This document shows positions 49,896 through 58,138 of a stretch of DNA of 58,138 nucleotides, in pieces. Origin of the DNA: an uncultured bacterium (GTDB lineage Bacteria > Spirochaetota > JAHITG01); contig CBDVEP010000003.1 in the NCBI GenBank assembly GCA_965373035.1, forward strand, positions 1 through 58,138, given 5' to 3'. Each line of letters begins with the position of its first letter. Positions within the stretch are counted from its first letter, which is position 1. The position numbers and the translations under genes were made by a program. The notes beneath the pieces are model-generated. The model saw nothing but the letters and a program-made list of their open reading frames with translations. It ran no database searches and had not been told where the DNA came from.

Positions 49896-50590
49896 TAAAT
49901 TATTTTTTTCAGGTTAATATAAAAATTTCCCTTATGGAATTGTCTTTCAATAGAGACTCCATAAAAGAATTGAATATTAAAATTATGAATATTAAGGATA
50001 TTTAAATTCAGGATAATGCCCGGGCCGTAGCTTATGATAAAATCATATTTCCTGTTCTGCTTAAAATAAGATGTATCTATAAATAAACCAAGTCTTAAAA
50101 AATTAAAAATCAATTCATTTTCAACTTCAAAAGTGTTTTCAAATTTAAAATCAGTTATAACTGCTCCTTCCAAATAGCCTCTCTGATTGATACCGCCTAA
50201 TAAAAAAAGGTTATCAAGAGGTGCCATTCCCCATATATATCCTGAACTGTTTTTATAAACAAAGCCGAAATCATAAAACAGCCTCTGGTATAATTTTAGA
50301 TCAGTTTTAATTTTTGTGTAATTATCGTTTTGATTGAAAATCATTGTGTTGTAATATAAATTAAAAAAAGATTCTTCCCTGATATCCAGTACAATTTTTT
50401 TATTGTTATAAGAAAAGGAAAATGCAATTCCGTATCTCCAGCTATTAATAATTTTTTTTATCAGTAAGTTTATTTTTTATAAATTCTTTAAGGTCAGTTT
50501 TATTGGAAAAATAAAATGAATTAATAATGATTTTTCAGAAAAAAGGGGATAGGTTAAAAGGATAAAAAATAATAGAATAAATTTTTTCAT
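49892..50590 (-). CDS. Outer-membrane beta-barrel-like protein, frameshifted in this sequence
   Basis: MKKFILLFFILLTYPLFSEK from 50590. A -1 shift at the A5 run (50531-35) joins the ORF ending at 49892, which contains LGGINQRGY and a terminal Tyr. Confidence 0.65.
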
Positions 50591-50638
50591 TATATAGTTT
50601 ATTATACTGTGTTTTTAATTATTTTCAATGAATAATTT

Positions 50639-51382
50639 ATGAAAAAAAATATTAACAATTCAGATTTTATTATTATACATACTGTCAAAAAGAAATATTT
50701 AACAAGAGTAGAAAAAGATAAATCCTTTTGTACAAAAAGAGGAGTTTTACGGTTTAATGATATTATTGAAAAAGAATATGGCGTTAGGATAAATTCACAT
50801 TATATTTTAAAACCAACATTAGATGATATTGTTCTTTTAGGTATTAAACGCGAAACACAGATTATTTATCCCAAGGAAGCAGGCCAGATTCTTGTAAAAT
50901 TAAATTTACAGAATGGATTTAAAGTATTTGAATGCGGGACAGGCAGTGGAGCTTTAAGTTTATTTATTTCACAGGCTATTGCTCCTGATGGGATTCTTTA
51001 TACCTATGAAAAGCAAAAAAATTTTTATCTAAATGCTAAAAATAATATTGATACATTTGGTAAAAATAAAAATATAAAAATGCTTAATGAAAATATAGAT
51101 GAAGGCATAAAAGAAAAAGATTTTGATGCAGCCTTTATAGATTTAAAAGAACCCCAGAATTATATAGAATGGCTCAAGTCTATTTTAAAAAAGGGTGCTC
51201 CTTTAGGAATATTGGTCCCGACAACCAATCAGATTTCAAATGCTTTGAGAAAATTAGAAAGACATTTTTATGATATTGAGATTATGGAGATTTTAATAAG
51301 GAATTATATTCCCAATCCTTCAAGGTTAAGACCAAAGGATATTATGGTAGGTCATACAGGATTTTTAATTTTTGCAAGATGA
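50639..51382 (+). CDS. trmI: tRNA (adenine-N1)-methyltransferase
   Basis: KRETQIIYPKE, ECGTGSGAL, FIDLKEP and RLRP...VGHTGFL motifs. Confidence 0.92.
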   Translation: MKKNINNSDFIIIHTVKKKYLTRVEKDKSFCTKRGVLRFNDIIEKEYGVRINSHYILKPTLDDIVLLGIKRETQIIYPKEAGQILVKLNLQNGFKVFECGTGSGALSLFISQAIAPDGILYTYEKQKNFYLNAKNNIDTFGKNKNIKMLNENIDEGIKEKDFDAAFIDLKEPQNYIEWLKSILKKGAPLGILVPTTNQISNALRKLERHFYDIEIMEILIRNYIPNPSRLRPKDIMVGHTGFLIFAR

Positions 51383-51433
51383 AATTTATTTTATTTTAAT
51401 GACTCATATTACAAAGAGTACATTTTTATTAAA

Positions 51434-52411
51434 ATGAAGAATAAAGTTCAATGTTTATTGTGTCCGTTTAAATGTGTTTTAAAACCAGGTGAGAGAGGGA
51501 TATGCCAGGTAAGAGTTAATATGAATGGGAAATTAATTTCTCTTGTATATGGCAAACCAGCTACCATGCATATTGACCCTATTGAGAAAAAACCTGTTTT
51601 CCATCTTATGCCAGGCTCCTCTGCCTTTTCCATAGCTACTTTTGGATGTAATTTAGGATGCAAGTTTTGTCAGAACTGGCAGCTTTCTCAAACCCGACCG
51701 GAAGAAGGGAGAAATTATGATCTCCCTCCTGATGTAGTTGTTTCACTTGCTTCTAAAAAAAAATGTCAATCTATTGCTTATACTTATTCAGAACCTATTG
51801 TTTTTTATGAATACACTTATGATACAGCAGTGTTAGCTAAAAAAAAAGGGATAAAAAATATTTTTGTCAGTGCGGGTTTTATCAATCCCGGTCCAATGAA
51901 AAAATTAGCAAAAGTTATAGATACAGCTAATATTGATTTAAAAGGTTTTACAGAAGCGTATTACCGGGATGTTTGTTTTGGGGCTTTAAAACCGGTACTT
52001 AAGACTTTGGAGATATGTGTAGAGGAGAATGTTATACTTGAGATAACTAATTTAATTATTCCAACATTGAATGATGATTTCAAGATAATAAGTAAAATGG
52101 TAAAATGGATTAGAAAAACTCTGGGGGAACATATTCCTCTTCATTTTTCCCGTTTTTCTCCTATGTATAAATTAAAAAATCTTCCGCCTACACCTGTTGA
52201 GACACTTATTAAAGCCAGAAAAATAGCCCTGGATGAAGGGCTGAAATTTGTTTATATAGGGAATATTTATGTAAAAGATGGAGAAACAACCTTTTGTCCT
52301 AAATGTGGTAAGAAATTAGTAGAAAGATATGGTTATACTATTATAGCTGACAGGATAAGGAATAATAAATGCCCATTTTGTGGGGCAAAAATTTATGGGT
52401 TATGGAATTAA
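51434..52411 (+). CDS. amrS: AmmeMemoRadiSam system radical SAM enzyme
   Basis: CLLCPFKC, DPIEKKP, GCNLGCKFCQNW, AYTYSEP, PLHFSRF and YIGN motifs. Confidence 0.95.
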   Translation: MKNKVQCLLCPFKCVLKPGERGICQVRVNMNGKLISLVYGKPATMHIDPIEKKPVFHLMPGSSAFSIATFGCNLGCKFCQNWQLSQTRPEEGRNYDLPPDVVVSLASKKKCQSIAYTYSEPIVFYEYTYDTAVLAKKKGIKNIFVSAGFINPGPMKKLAKVIDTANIDLKGFTEAYYRDVCFGALKPVLKTLEICVEENVILEITNLIIPTLNDDFKIISKMVKWIRKTLGEHIPLHFSRFSPMYKLKNLPPTPVETLIKARKIALDEGLKFVYIGNIYVKDGETTFCPKCGKKLVERYGYTIIADRIRNNKCPFCGAKIYGLWN

Positions 52412-52414
52412 AAT

Positions 52415-52555
52415 ATGAATAGAAGAAAATTTTTAAAAACATTGTTTAAAATAGTCCCTTTGTTTTTGTTTATAACTTCATTTTTAAGTTTTTTCTTTAA
52501 AAAAAGGAAAAAGAAAACATCTTACAAGGAAGCACATTTTTACAGGAAATTTTAA
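52415..52555 (+). CDS. 46-aa peptide with twin-arginine-like N-terminus (not in ORF track)
   Basis: MNRRKFLKTLFKIVPLFLFITSFLSFSLKKRKKKTSYKEAHFYRKF*; starts 3 nt after the amrS stop. Confidence 0.65.
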   Translation: MNRRKFLKTLFKIVPLFLFITSFLSFFFKKRKKKTSYKEAHFYRKF

Positions 52556-52567
52556 TATATTCATCAA

Positions 52568-52879
52568 TCATATAGTTATACTATCTTTTAAAGCACTTTT
52601 TACAATACTGCCAATTTTGTTTTGATAGTAATTAACCTCATCAACAGATTTAATTATTATATCAACTGACATTAGTCTATGAGCAAATTTTCTCGAGATT
52701 CGAGTAAATAAAACTTTTTTTTCATTGAAAGATATATTATTTTTTAATATAATTAAAATATCATAATCACTTTTTTCTGTATAATCTCCTCTTGCATGTG
52801 AACCAAATAAAATAATTTTATCAATTTTATAATCCTTAATTGTTTGTCTTATAATATTATTAATTTCGCTATTTTGTAT
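52568..52879 (-). CDS. Minimal nucleotidyltransferase (MNT antitoxin-like), ATA start or pseudogene
   Basis: IILFGSHARGDYTEKSDYDILII...VDIII. The overlapping downstream start MIDEYIK may be a HEPN stub. Confidence 0.75.
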   Translation of the reverse strand: MQNSEINNIIRQTIKDYKIDKIILFGSHARGDYTEKSDYDILIILKNNISFNEKKVLFTRISRKFAHRLMSVDIIIKSVDEVNYYQNKIGSIVKSALKDSITI

Positions 52880-52976
52880 TTATTTCTCTTTTAACTGATC
52901 ATTATTAATATTATATAATTTATCATTTGTATGTCAATATCTTTTCTTTTGAATAATTTTATTATTGAATAAGGAT

Positions 52977-53489
52977 TTAAATCATTTCTCTTAATTGTTT
53001 GATTTTATCTTTAAAATCAGGTGCATTTTTATAATCAAAAACAATATAACGATATCCATTAGCTTTTAGCCATCTTCGTTTTTCATCATCATCTTTAATC
53101 ACAGATTCCTTTTCATGGTCAGGTCCATCTACAAAAACACAAAGTCCTTTAGATCCGATGTCTATATAAAAAAAGTCAGGTTTAACAACAGGTGCTCCCT
53201 TATCAGTATCTATAGCACAATTAGGACAAAATAAAAAAGGTTCAGGGATAAAAATTATTTTAACACTATTTGAATGAATAAATTCATTTTTTTCATTATT
53301 AAAAATCATATTTTAAGGTCTGGAGAGCTGCAAAAACGGTTCCCTCTATAACAGATGACAGTCTTCAGTGTTTTTTTGTATCCATTCTTTAATTTCAGAA
53401 TTGGTAAATTTATGATAACTATCTATAAAAGATTTATAAACATGTTTACATTGTTCATAAGCAAGAAAAGGATTAAAATAATCAGCCAT
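52977..53489 (-). pseudogene. Internally deleted large helicase/nuclease gene (N- and C-terminal stubs)
   Basis: 53313-53489 reads MADYFNPF...YKSFIDSY...LL*REPFLQLSRP with a ribosome-binding site. 52977-53309 reads PDFFY...VFVDGPDH...DDEKRRWLKANGY (DUF559/Vsr-like). Confidence 0.55.
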
Positions 53490-53537
53490 AGTACTCCCCT
53501 GATAAGTTCGTATTGATAATTACAGTTTATTTAAAAT

Positions 53538-53978
53538 TCATATGTTTATCCAGCATTTTTTTGAAGGAGAATCTATTATTAATTTAACTTGATCAAGGAT
53601 ATTTGAAAATCCTATTATTAGGGGAACATCTGATGTTTCGGATAGCAAAGCTTTTATTTCAAAACAAGGAGATATATTTTTATTATCAATTAAAGTACAT
53701 TTTATTGTACCCATTATTGCTTTTGTAAATGATGATTTTTTAGATACAATACCATGAATTTCTGTCGAATAATTTTTCTTCACAATAGCATTTTTCCATA
53801 GATCATAAGGAATTACAGAATATGGTGAACCAGTATCAATAATTGATTCCTGATATTCACTCCAACCATTATTATTTAATAATCTGACTTTTGCTATAAT
53901 ACGTATTGTATAGGATTTTATTTTGTTTTCTATTGCTTCAAGGTCAAGGTACTTTTTATATTCCAGTTGAATTTTCAT
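53538..53978 (-). CDS. Retropepsin-like aspartic protease
   Basis: IIDTGSPYSVI and PLIIG motifs. Confidence 0.75.
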   Translation of the reverse strand: MKIQLEYKKYLDLEAIENKIKSYTIRIIAKVRLLNNNGWSEYQESIIDTGSPYSVIPYDLWKNAIVKKNYSTEIHGIVSKKSSFTKAIMGTIKCTLIDNKNISPCFEIKALLSETSDVPLIIGFSNILDQVKLIIDSPSKKCWINI

Positions 53979-54234
53979 AAATATGAATTCCTCTTTCGAT
54001 AAACAAATGTGGAATTTCTTCCCAATCAATAAGTTTATGTGCTTTTTCCATTACTTTAGATAAACTTTTCCCTCGAGCTAAAATTTTTTTATTTGCAAAA
54101 GCAATCCACATATTTGGATATTTCCTAGCTAATTTATGATAAATAGAATAAACCCAATCATATTCTTTATTATGTTCCTTTGGGAATGGTCTAGGAGATT
54201 CAATTTTTTTATTTTTTATCATTTTATTCTCCAT
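53956..54234 (-). CDS. DUF5678-like small protein
   Basis: LARKYPNMWIAFANKKILARGKSL; overlaps the protease start. Confidence 0.7.
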   Translation of the reverse strand: MENKMIKNKKIESPRPFPKEHNKEYDWVYSIYHKLARKYPNMWIAFANKKILARGKSLSKVMEKAHKLIDWEEIPHLFIERGIHIYENSTGI

Positions 54235-54387
54235 AATAAAATTAATATTATTGTATATTAAAATTATAACTTTAAATCTGAATGTCAATTTATTTTCCAG
54301 CAGGTTCTCTCTATTCTTCAGTTGTTATAAAAAATGATAAGTCAACTTAACAAAATTCTTTACAATTAAAGGATGACACACTTTATG

Positions 54388-54620
54388 TCACTTATTATCT
54401 TTATTTAATTTTATTTGTAAAAGTTCTTTTTCAATTTCTTTGACAAATTCTTTCTCTGAAGGTAAATAAAGTTTATATTTAGATACAAACAACTGCTTGC
54501 TGTCTTTTAAAACACTATAATGTGCTATTGCTTCATTCTTTTCAGAACATAGTATTAATCCAATAGTTGGATTGTCTTCCTTTTGTTTTAAATTTTCTTC
54601 AAAATATCTAACATAAATGT
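54388..54620 (-). pseudogene. C-terminal fragment of a YhcG/DUF1016 PDDEXK protein
   Basis: YVRYFEE...EDNPTIGLILC...SKYKLYLPSE. Confidence 0.8.
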
Positions 54621-54647
54621 GTCCAGGAGAAAAGAGAAAGTGCCGGT

Positions 54648-54694
54648 GCATAACATAACGCTTAATAAAATACCATTTCAATGTTATGTTATAT
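54648..54694 (-). other. Short, degenerate attC-like site
   Basis: Minus strand reads ataTAAC ataacatt...gcgttat GTTatgc; only 47 bp. Confidence 0.4.
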
Positions 54695-54729
54695 ACAGGC
54701 GCTTTTTGTTTTCTGCTCAGCTTTAATAT

Positions 54730-55158
54730 TCAAATGTCAAGACCAGACACCAGTTTTTTCAGCTTTAAATATTTTATAATACCCCTTTGAATTATATAAA
54801 ATCCAATACCATGTTGAATTTCCAAAACAATTATTAAATAATAAGCAATGGAATCACTATGTAATCCAATATTTTCAGCACCAGGATATAATAATAAAAA
54901 ATCAAATGGTATTACTATTAGTCCAAAAAACACAGCATGTAAAGTGTTTTCATCACCTCCAGTTATTCTGAAAAACCAAAAGGCATATGTCCATAGACAA
55001 GTTAGAATGGACATGATAATAGAAAATTTAAACCAAGGCCATTTTTGAAAATAAAAAAAGCCATATAAAAAATAAATTGATAATGATGTTGTAATAATTA
55101 AAAATAATCCAACAATTATAGTCCTTATTTGTAATTTGTCAGTTTTACTTAAACTCAT
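54730..55158 (-). CDS. Four-TM membrane protein; its 3' end is formed by a REP-like arm
   Basis: Four hydrophobic segments. The last codons, VSGLDI*, are ggtgtctggtcttgacatttga (54730-54751). Confidence 0.7.
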   Translation of the reverse strand: MSLSKTDKLQIRTIIVGLFLIITTSLSIYFLYGFFYFQKWPWFKFSIIMSILTCLWTYAFWFFRITGGDENTLHAVFFGLIVIPFDFLLLYPGAENIGLHSDSIAYYLIIVLEIQHGIGFYIIQRGIIKYLKLKKLVSGLDI

Positions 55159-55263
55159 TATTTTTTTTTAATTATATAGATTATTAATCTTGCCCAATGA
55201 AAAAATACTCAAGATGCCTAAAGAATGTTCTGTAGTATTAAATTATTTTAAGCGAAATACAAA

Positions 55264-55926
55264 TTACTTTATTAATAAAGATGTTATTTTATTAATAAAT
55301 TCCTTAGTATTATCATCTTTAAATTTTTCACTTGGTAAATCAATTTTTAAAACTTCACTATTTTTATAGTCTTCTATTTCAACTTTATAATATTTATATT
55401 CATAAGGGATTTGATTTTTACTTATCACTGCTTCAAGAATACCTGCAATATCTTTTTCTAATAATATTTGATTACTTTTTGCTTTTGAAACTAATCTGGC
55501 AGCATAATTCACTTTTTCTCCAACATAATCTAAATAATTATTATAAGAAAATTTAAACGAACGACCATATGATATACCATATCCTATATTTAAGAAATCA
55601 CGATTATGTAATGTTGAATAGAATAATGAAGATAAAAATTTTTTATTAAAATCAATTATTTTTAAAATTATATGTTCCAATGATTCTAAAAAATGTTGAT
55701 TATTTTCATCAATTTGATATTCTGAAACTCCAAAAATGCCATCTCCAATAAATTTTATTATTCTCCCTTTCTCATTATTAAAAGTTTCTAATACAAGTGA
55801 ATAATACAGTGATATTAATTTATCAACTTCAGATTGATTTTTTTTAGACCAATTGGAATATCCTCTAATATCACAAAAAAAATATATCGCATCAACAAAA
55901 TTAAAATTTAAATTATCAATATTCAT
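55264..55926 (-). CDS. Stand-alone class III nucleotidyl (adenylate/guanylate) cyclase
   Basis: FFCDIRGYS, KFIGDG, GYGISYG and DYVGEKVNYAARL motifs. Confidence 0.85.
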   Translation of the reverse strand: MNIDNLNFNFVDAIYFFCDIRGYSNWSKKNQSEVDKLISLYYSLVLETFNNEKGRIIKFIGDGIFGVSEYQIDENNQHFLESLEHIILKIIDFNKKFLSSLFYSTLHNRDFLNIGYGISYGRSFKFSYNNYLDYVGEKVNYAARLVSKAKSNQILLEKDIAGILEAVISKNQIPYEYKYYKVEIEDYKNSEVLKIDLPSEKFKDDNTKEFINKITSLLIK

Positions 55927-55950
55927 ATATTTTTATTAATTTTACATATC

Positions 55951-56008
55951 GCCTAACGAACAGAGACTGCCGATACCCGAAGGAGTATGAGGCAGAAGCA
56001 AGTTAAGC
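55951..56008 (-). other. attC-like integron recombination site
   Basis: Minus strand reads GCTTAAC...ctgcc tcatactcc ttc gggtatc ggcag...GTTAGGC; 58 bp, 4 nt after a stop codon. Confidence 0.8.
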
Positions 56009-56012
56009 AAAA

Positions 56013-56237
56013 TTATTTTTCAGCATATTGTATGCGGATGTTTCTCAACCTATCTCCTGAAATAATAATATAATTTTTATATTCACAATGTGGGCATAAA
56101 ATATAGTCCTTTCCAGAAGATCTAATTATTTGTACTTCTTCTTCAGCTATTGAAAGACCATTATTTATGTTTGTTTTAATAATGATTTTATTACACTCTA
56201 GATTTTTACATTTTATTCCTTGTTTTTGATTATCCAT
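56013..56237 (-). CDS. Small Zn-ribbon protein (cassette gene)
   Basis: GGAGG ribosome-binding site before MDNQ; CKNLEC...CPHC. Confidence 0.65.
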   Translation of the reverse strand: MDNQKQGIKCKNLECNKIIIKTNINNGLSIAEEEVQIIRSSGKDYILCPHCEYKNYIIISGDRLRNIRIQYAEK

Positions 56238-56259
56238 ATTTCCTCCATATTTGAATTTC

Positions 56260-56344
56260 GTATAACAAATAGCCATTCATGATATCTGCTATTAGGCAGA
56301 TGTAAAAAAATGGCTAAGCCATTTTCATGAATGGCAAGTTATAT
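56260..56344 (-). other. attC-like integron recombination site
   Basis: Minus strand reads ataTAAC tt gccattcatga ... tcatgaatggc tattt GTTatac; 85 bp, 12 nt after a stop codon. Confidence 0.75.
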
Positions 56345-56356
56345 AATGTTACGAGC

Positions 56357-57079
56357 TTATTTATCTAAAAATTTCTGTGATGTAAGAAAAATATGACAAA
56401 TATTGATTATAGATCCTTTTCCTAAATCTTTTCCTTTTTCAAAAATTGTATTTCCTTCTTGAGTATCCCAAAAATAGAGATTACTATTTTCTACCTCTAT
56501 TACTTTATCAGGTTTTCCATACTTTTTTTTAAAAATTTTATAAATTTTTCCTAATACAGGGCTCTTTTTTAGTGTAGTATGATGATTATCATTATATCCA
56601 ATAATAAAAGAAGATTTTAATCTAAATGCTATTTTATATATTTCGTTATTTGCTACACCTAATATTGTTTCCCATACATCATTTAAATAAATAATATCTT
56701 TGCCTTTATATATTTCTTCATCTGGAAAAACTTTAATAAAACCTGAAGTAAAGCTTATTTCTGAAATATCTTCTAATTTTTCTTTAATTTGGTTAAATTT
56801 TTGCCCCAAATAATATTTGTCTGTTATAAAATAGGAATTATTTTTTCTAACTTTCAAATATTGTACTAAAAGCTGGGATACTACAAAAAGAATAATCATT
56901 ATAATAAATCCTGTATTTCCAAAAAATACTACTGCTAAAATTCCAGCAATTAATCCACCAACCGCTAATAAAATTATGGTCAAAATTTTAAATTTAAGTT
57001 TTACCATTTCTCTTATTTTTATTATTGCAAAAGGAATAAAAAATAATAATGCTATAATTAATAATATTGTTATCATCAT
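56357..57079 (-). CDS. Hypothetical membrane protein (3 N-terminal TM helices; cassette gene)
   Basis: 240-aa ORF followed by an attC-like site. Confidence 0.7.
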   Translation of the reverse strand: MMITILLIIALLFFIPFAIIKIREMVKLKFKILTIILLAVGGLIAGILAVVFFGNTGFIIMIILFVVSQLLVQYLKVRKNNSYFITDKYYLGQKFNQIKEKLEDISEISFTSGFIKVFPDEEIYKGKDIIYLNDVWETILGVANNEIYKIAFRLKSSFIIGYNDNHHTTLKKSPVLGKIYKIFKKKYGKPDKVIEVENSNLYFWDTQEGNTIFEKGKDLGKGSIINICHIFLTSQKFLDK

Positions 57080-57183
57080 AATTTCTTCTCTAATTTCTCA
57101 ATAATCATTTTAAGCATACCTATAACCTTAATAATTATATCCTGGTCATATTGCTAAATCACATCAATATCTTTTAGTAATTA

Positions 57184-57240
57184 GGGTCAGGTCTTAACAT
57201 TTAAATTATTTTTTTAATATTTAAATGTCAAGACCAGACC
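57184..57240. repeat. REP-like palindrome
   Basis: gggtcaggtcttaacatttaaat ... atttaaatgtcaagaccagacc. Confidence 0.85.
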
Positions 57241-57281
57241 ACAGTTTTATTAGAAGGATTGAAAGAAATTTTATTTTTATA

Positions 57282-57467
57282 TTATAATTTCAATTCCTTT
57301 TTTAAATTACTATGAGATTTCCATTTCTTAGTTTGTCTTTTTGTCATAACTGCTGAATAATAATCAAACTTATCTTCCTCAATTTCCTTTAATCGTTTAT
57401 ATTCATCATAATCAAGAATAACTGCAACAGGTTTTCTGCCTTCTTTTACAATTTGAGTTTTAATCAT
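57282..57467 (-). CDS. Phd/YefM-like antitoxin
   Basis: GRKPVAVILDYDEYKRL motif; AGGAGG ribosome-binding site. Confidence 0.75.
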   Translation of the reverse strand: MIKTQIVKEGRKPVAVILDYDEYKRLKEIEEDKFDYYSAVMTKRQTKKWKSHSNLKKELKL

Positions 57468-57723
57468 TATAAGCCTCCTGTCTATGTTTAACTTCAATAA
57501 TGTGCATTATGTCTTCTTGCTCCTCAAAAATAATTCTATAATTTCCAATTCTTATACGTTTAAAATCACCCTATTTTCCTTTTAATATTTTTATATCAAA
57601 TTTTTTTTTGCTTTTATCTGAATACTTTTCAATTCCTTCAATAATTTTTTCAAGACTTTTCCTATCACCTTTATTAATTTTTTTTATCTGTTTAACTGCT
57701 TTATCTGAATATTTAATTTCCAT
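57460..57723 (-). pseudogene. RelE/ParE toxin with internal TAG
   Basis: MEIKYSDKAVKQIKK...LKGK*GDFKRIRIGNYRIIF...VKHRQEAY; stop at 57571-73. Confidence 0.85.
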
Positions 57724-57758
57724 TTTTTAACCTAATATAAATTTAATCCTAATAATTA

Positions 57759-58052
57759 TTATTTCAAGCAATTATTAAAATAATTCTGTGGGAAATCCAG
57801 TTTATTTCCATATTTTGTTATTTCATTGTAAAAAGCAGTTTGATATTTTTTATTTAAAGTCCATGTTTCTTTTGATTCAATTATTGGAGAAATATAAATA
57901 CCTGATTCAATAGAAAATTCAGAAGCAATTTTGCTTAATATTTCTCTAATTTTATAATTTCGATGTTTTGTTATAAAAAGAATATCCAAATCTGAATCTT
58001 TATGATAATTATTTTTTACCCGTGAGCCAAATATAAAAATAGAGGTAATAAT
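57759..58052 (-). pseudogene. 5'-truncated minimal nucleotidyltransferase
   Basis: IFIFGSRVKNNYHKDSDLDILFI; no start codon. Confidence 0.7.
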
Positions 58053-58138
58053 TCAGATTTTCTAAAAAAGAATAATATAATATAAATTCAGCACTCCCAG
58101 AATAGCTTAATTTTTAACTTATTTTAACGTTATTTCTA

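Noticed and set aside
55216-55253. gcctaaa...tttaagc as a functional attC
   Set aside because: Only 38 bp and lacks the invariant AAC/GTT; at most a relic.
364-55556. Numerous 60-130 aa ORFs overlapping longer genes (e.g. 364-582, 7201-7512, 44999-45382, 36263-36533)
   Set aside because: Antisense or alternate-frame shadows of well-supported genes with no motifs of their own.
54730-55926. Canonical Pycsar call
   Set aside because: Specificity residues look adenylate-type and the TM protein is not recognisably PycTM; kept only as a hypothesis.
21616-57573. Stop-codon reassignment to explain in-frame stops at 21616, 53346 and 57571
   Set aside because: TAA, TAG and TGA all terminate conserved genes normally in this window, and the affected codons differ.
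1-58138. tRNA, rRNA, riboswitch or prophage genes
   Set aside because: None recognisable by eye; a covariance-model scan would be needed to exclude small RNAs.

Overview
Very AT-rich bacterial DNA, probably from an LPS-producing spirochaete. This is inferred from a FlaA-type flagellar sheath protein together with FlgH and LpxC. Two housekeeping blocks are present. The first (~1-24.96 kb) holds an anti-sigma pair, flgH, aldolase, mazG, amrB/amrA, a csaB-like gene, ctpA, flaA, tsaD, trpB2, lpxC, hflX, an HD-GYP protein and an M28 peptidase. The second (~41.2-52.55 kb) holds osmC, a GT4, rnfCDEAB without rnfG, an M6 protease, Omp85 proteins, trmI and amrS. Two accessory patchworks alternate with these blocks (~24.97-41.15 kb and ~52.55 kb to the end). 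They consist of whole genes and many gene stubs, and carry an intact IS1182-family element, an IS91-family element plus an orphan copy of its ori end, attC-like integron sites without an integrase, and decayed toxin-antitoxin modules. A recurrent family of REP-like palindromes sits at many of the breakpoints, and one arm precedes the N-terminal stub of a RAYT-type transposase. All family assignments come from reading motifs by eye; no database search was run.
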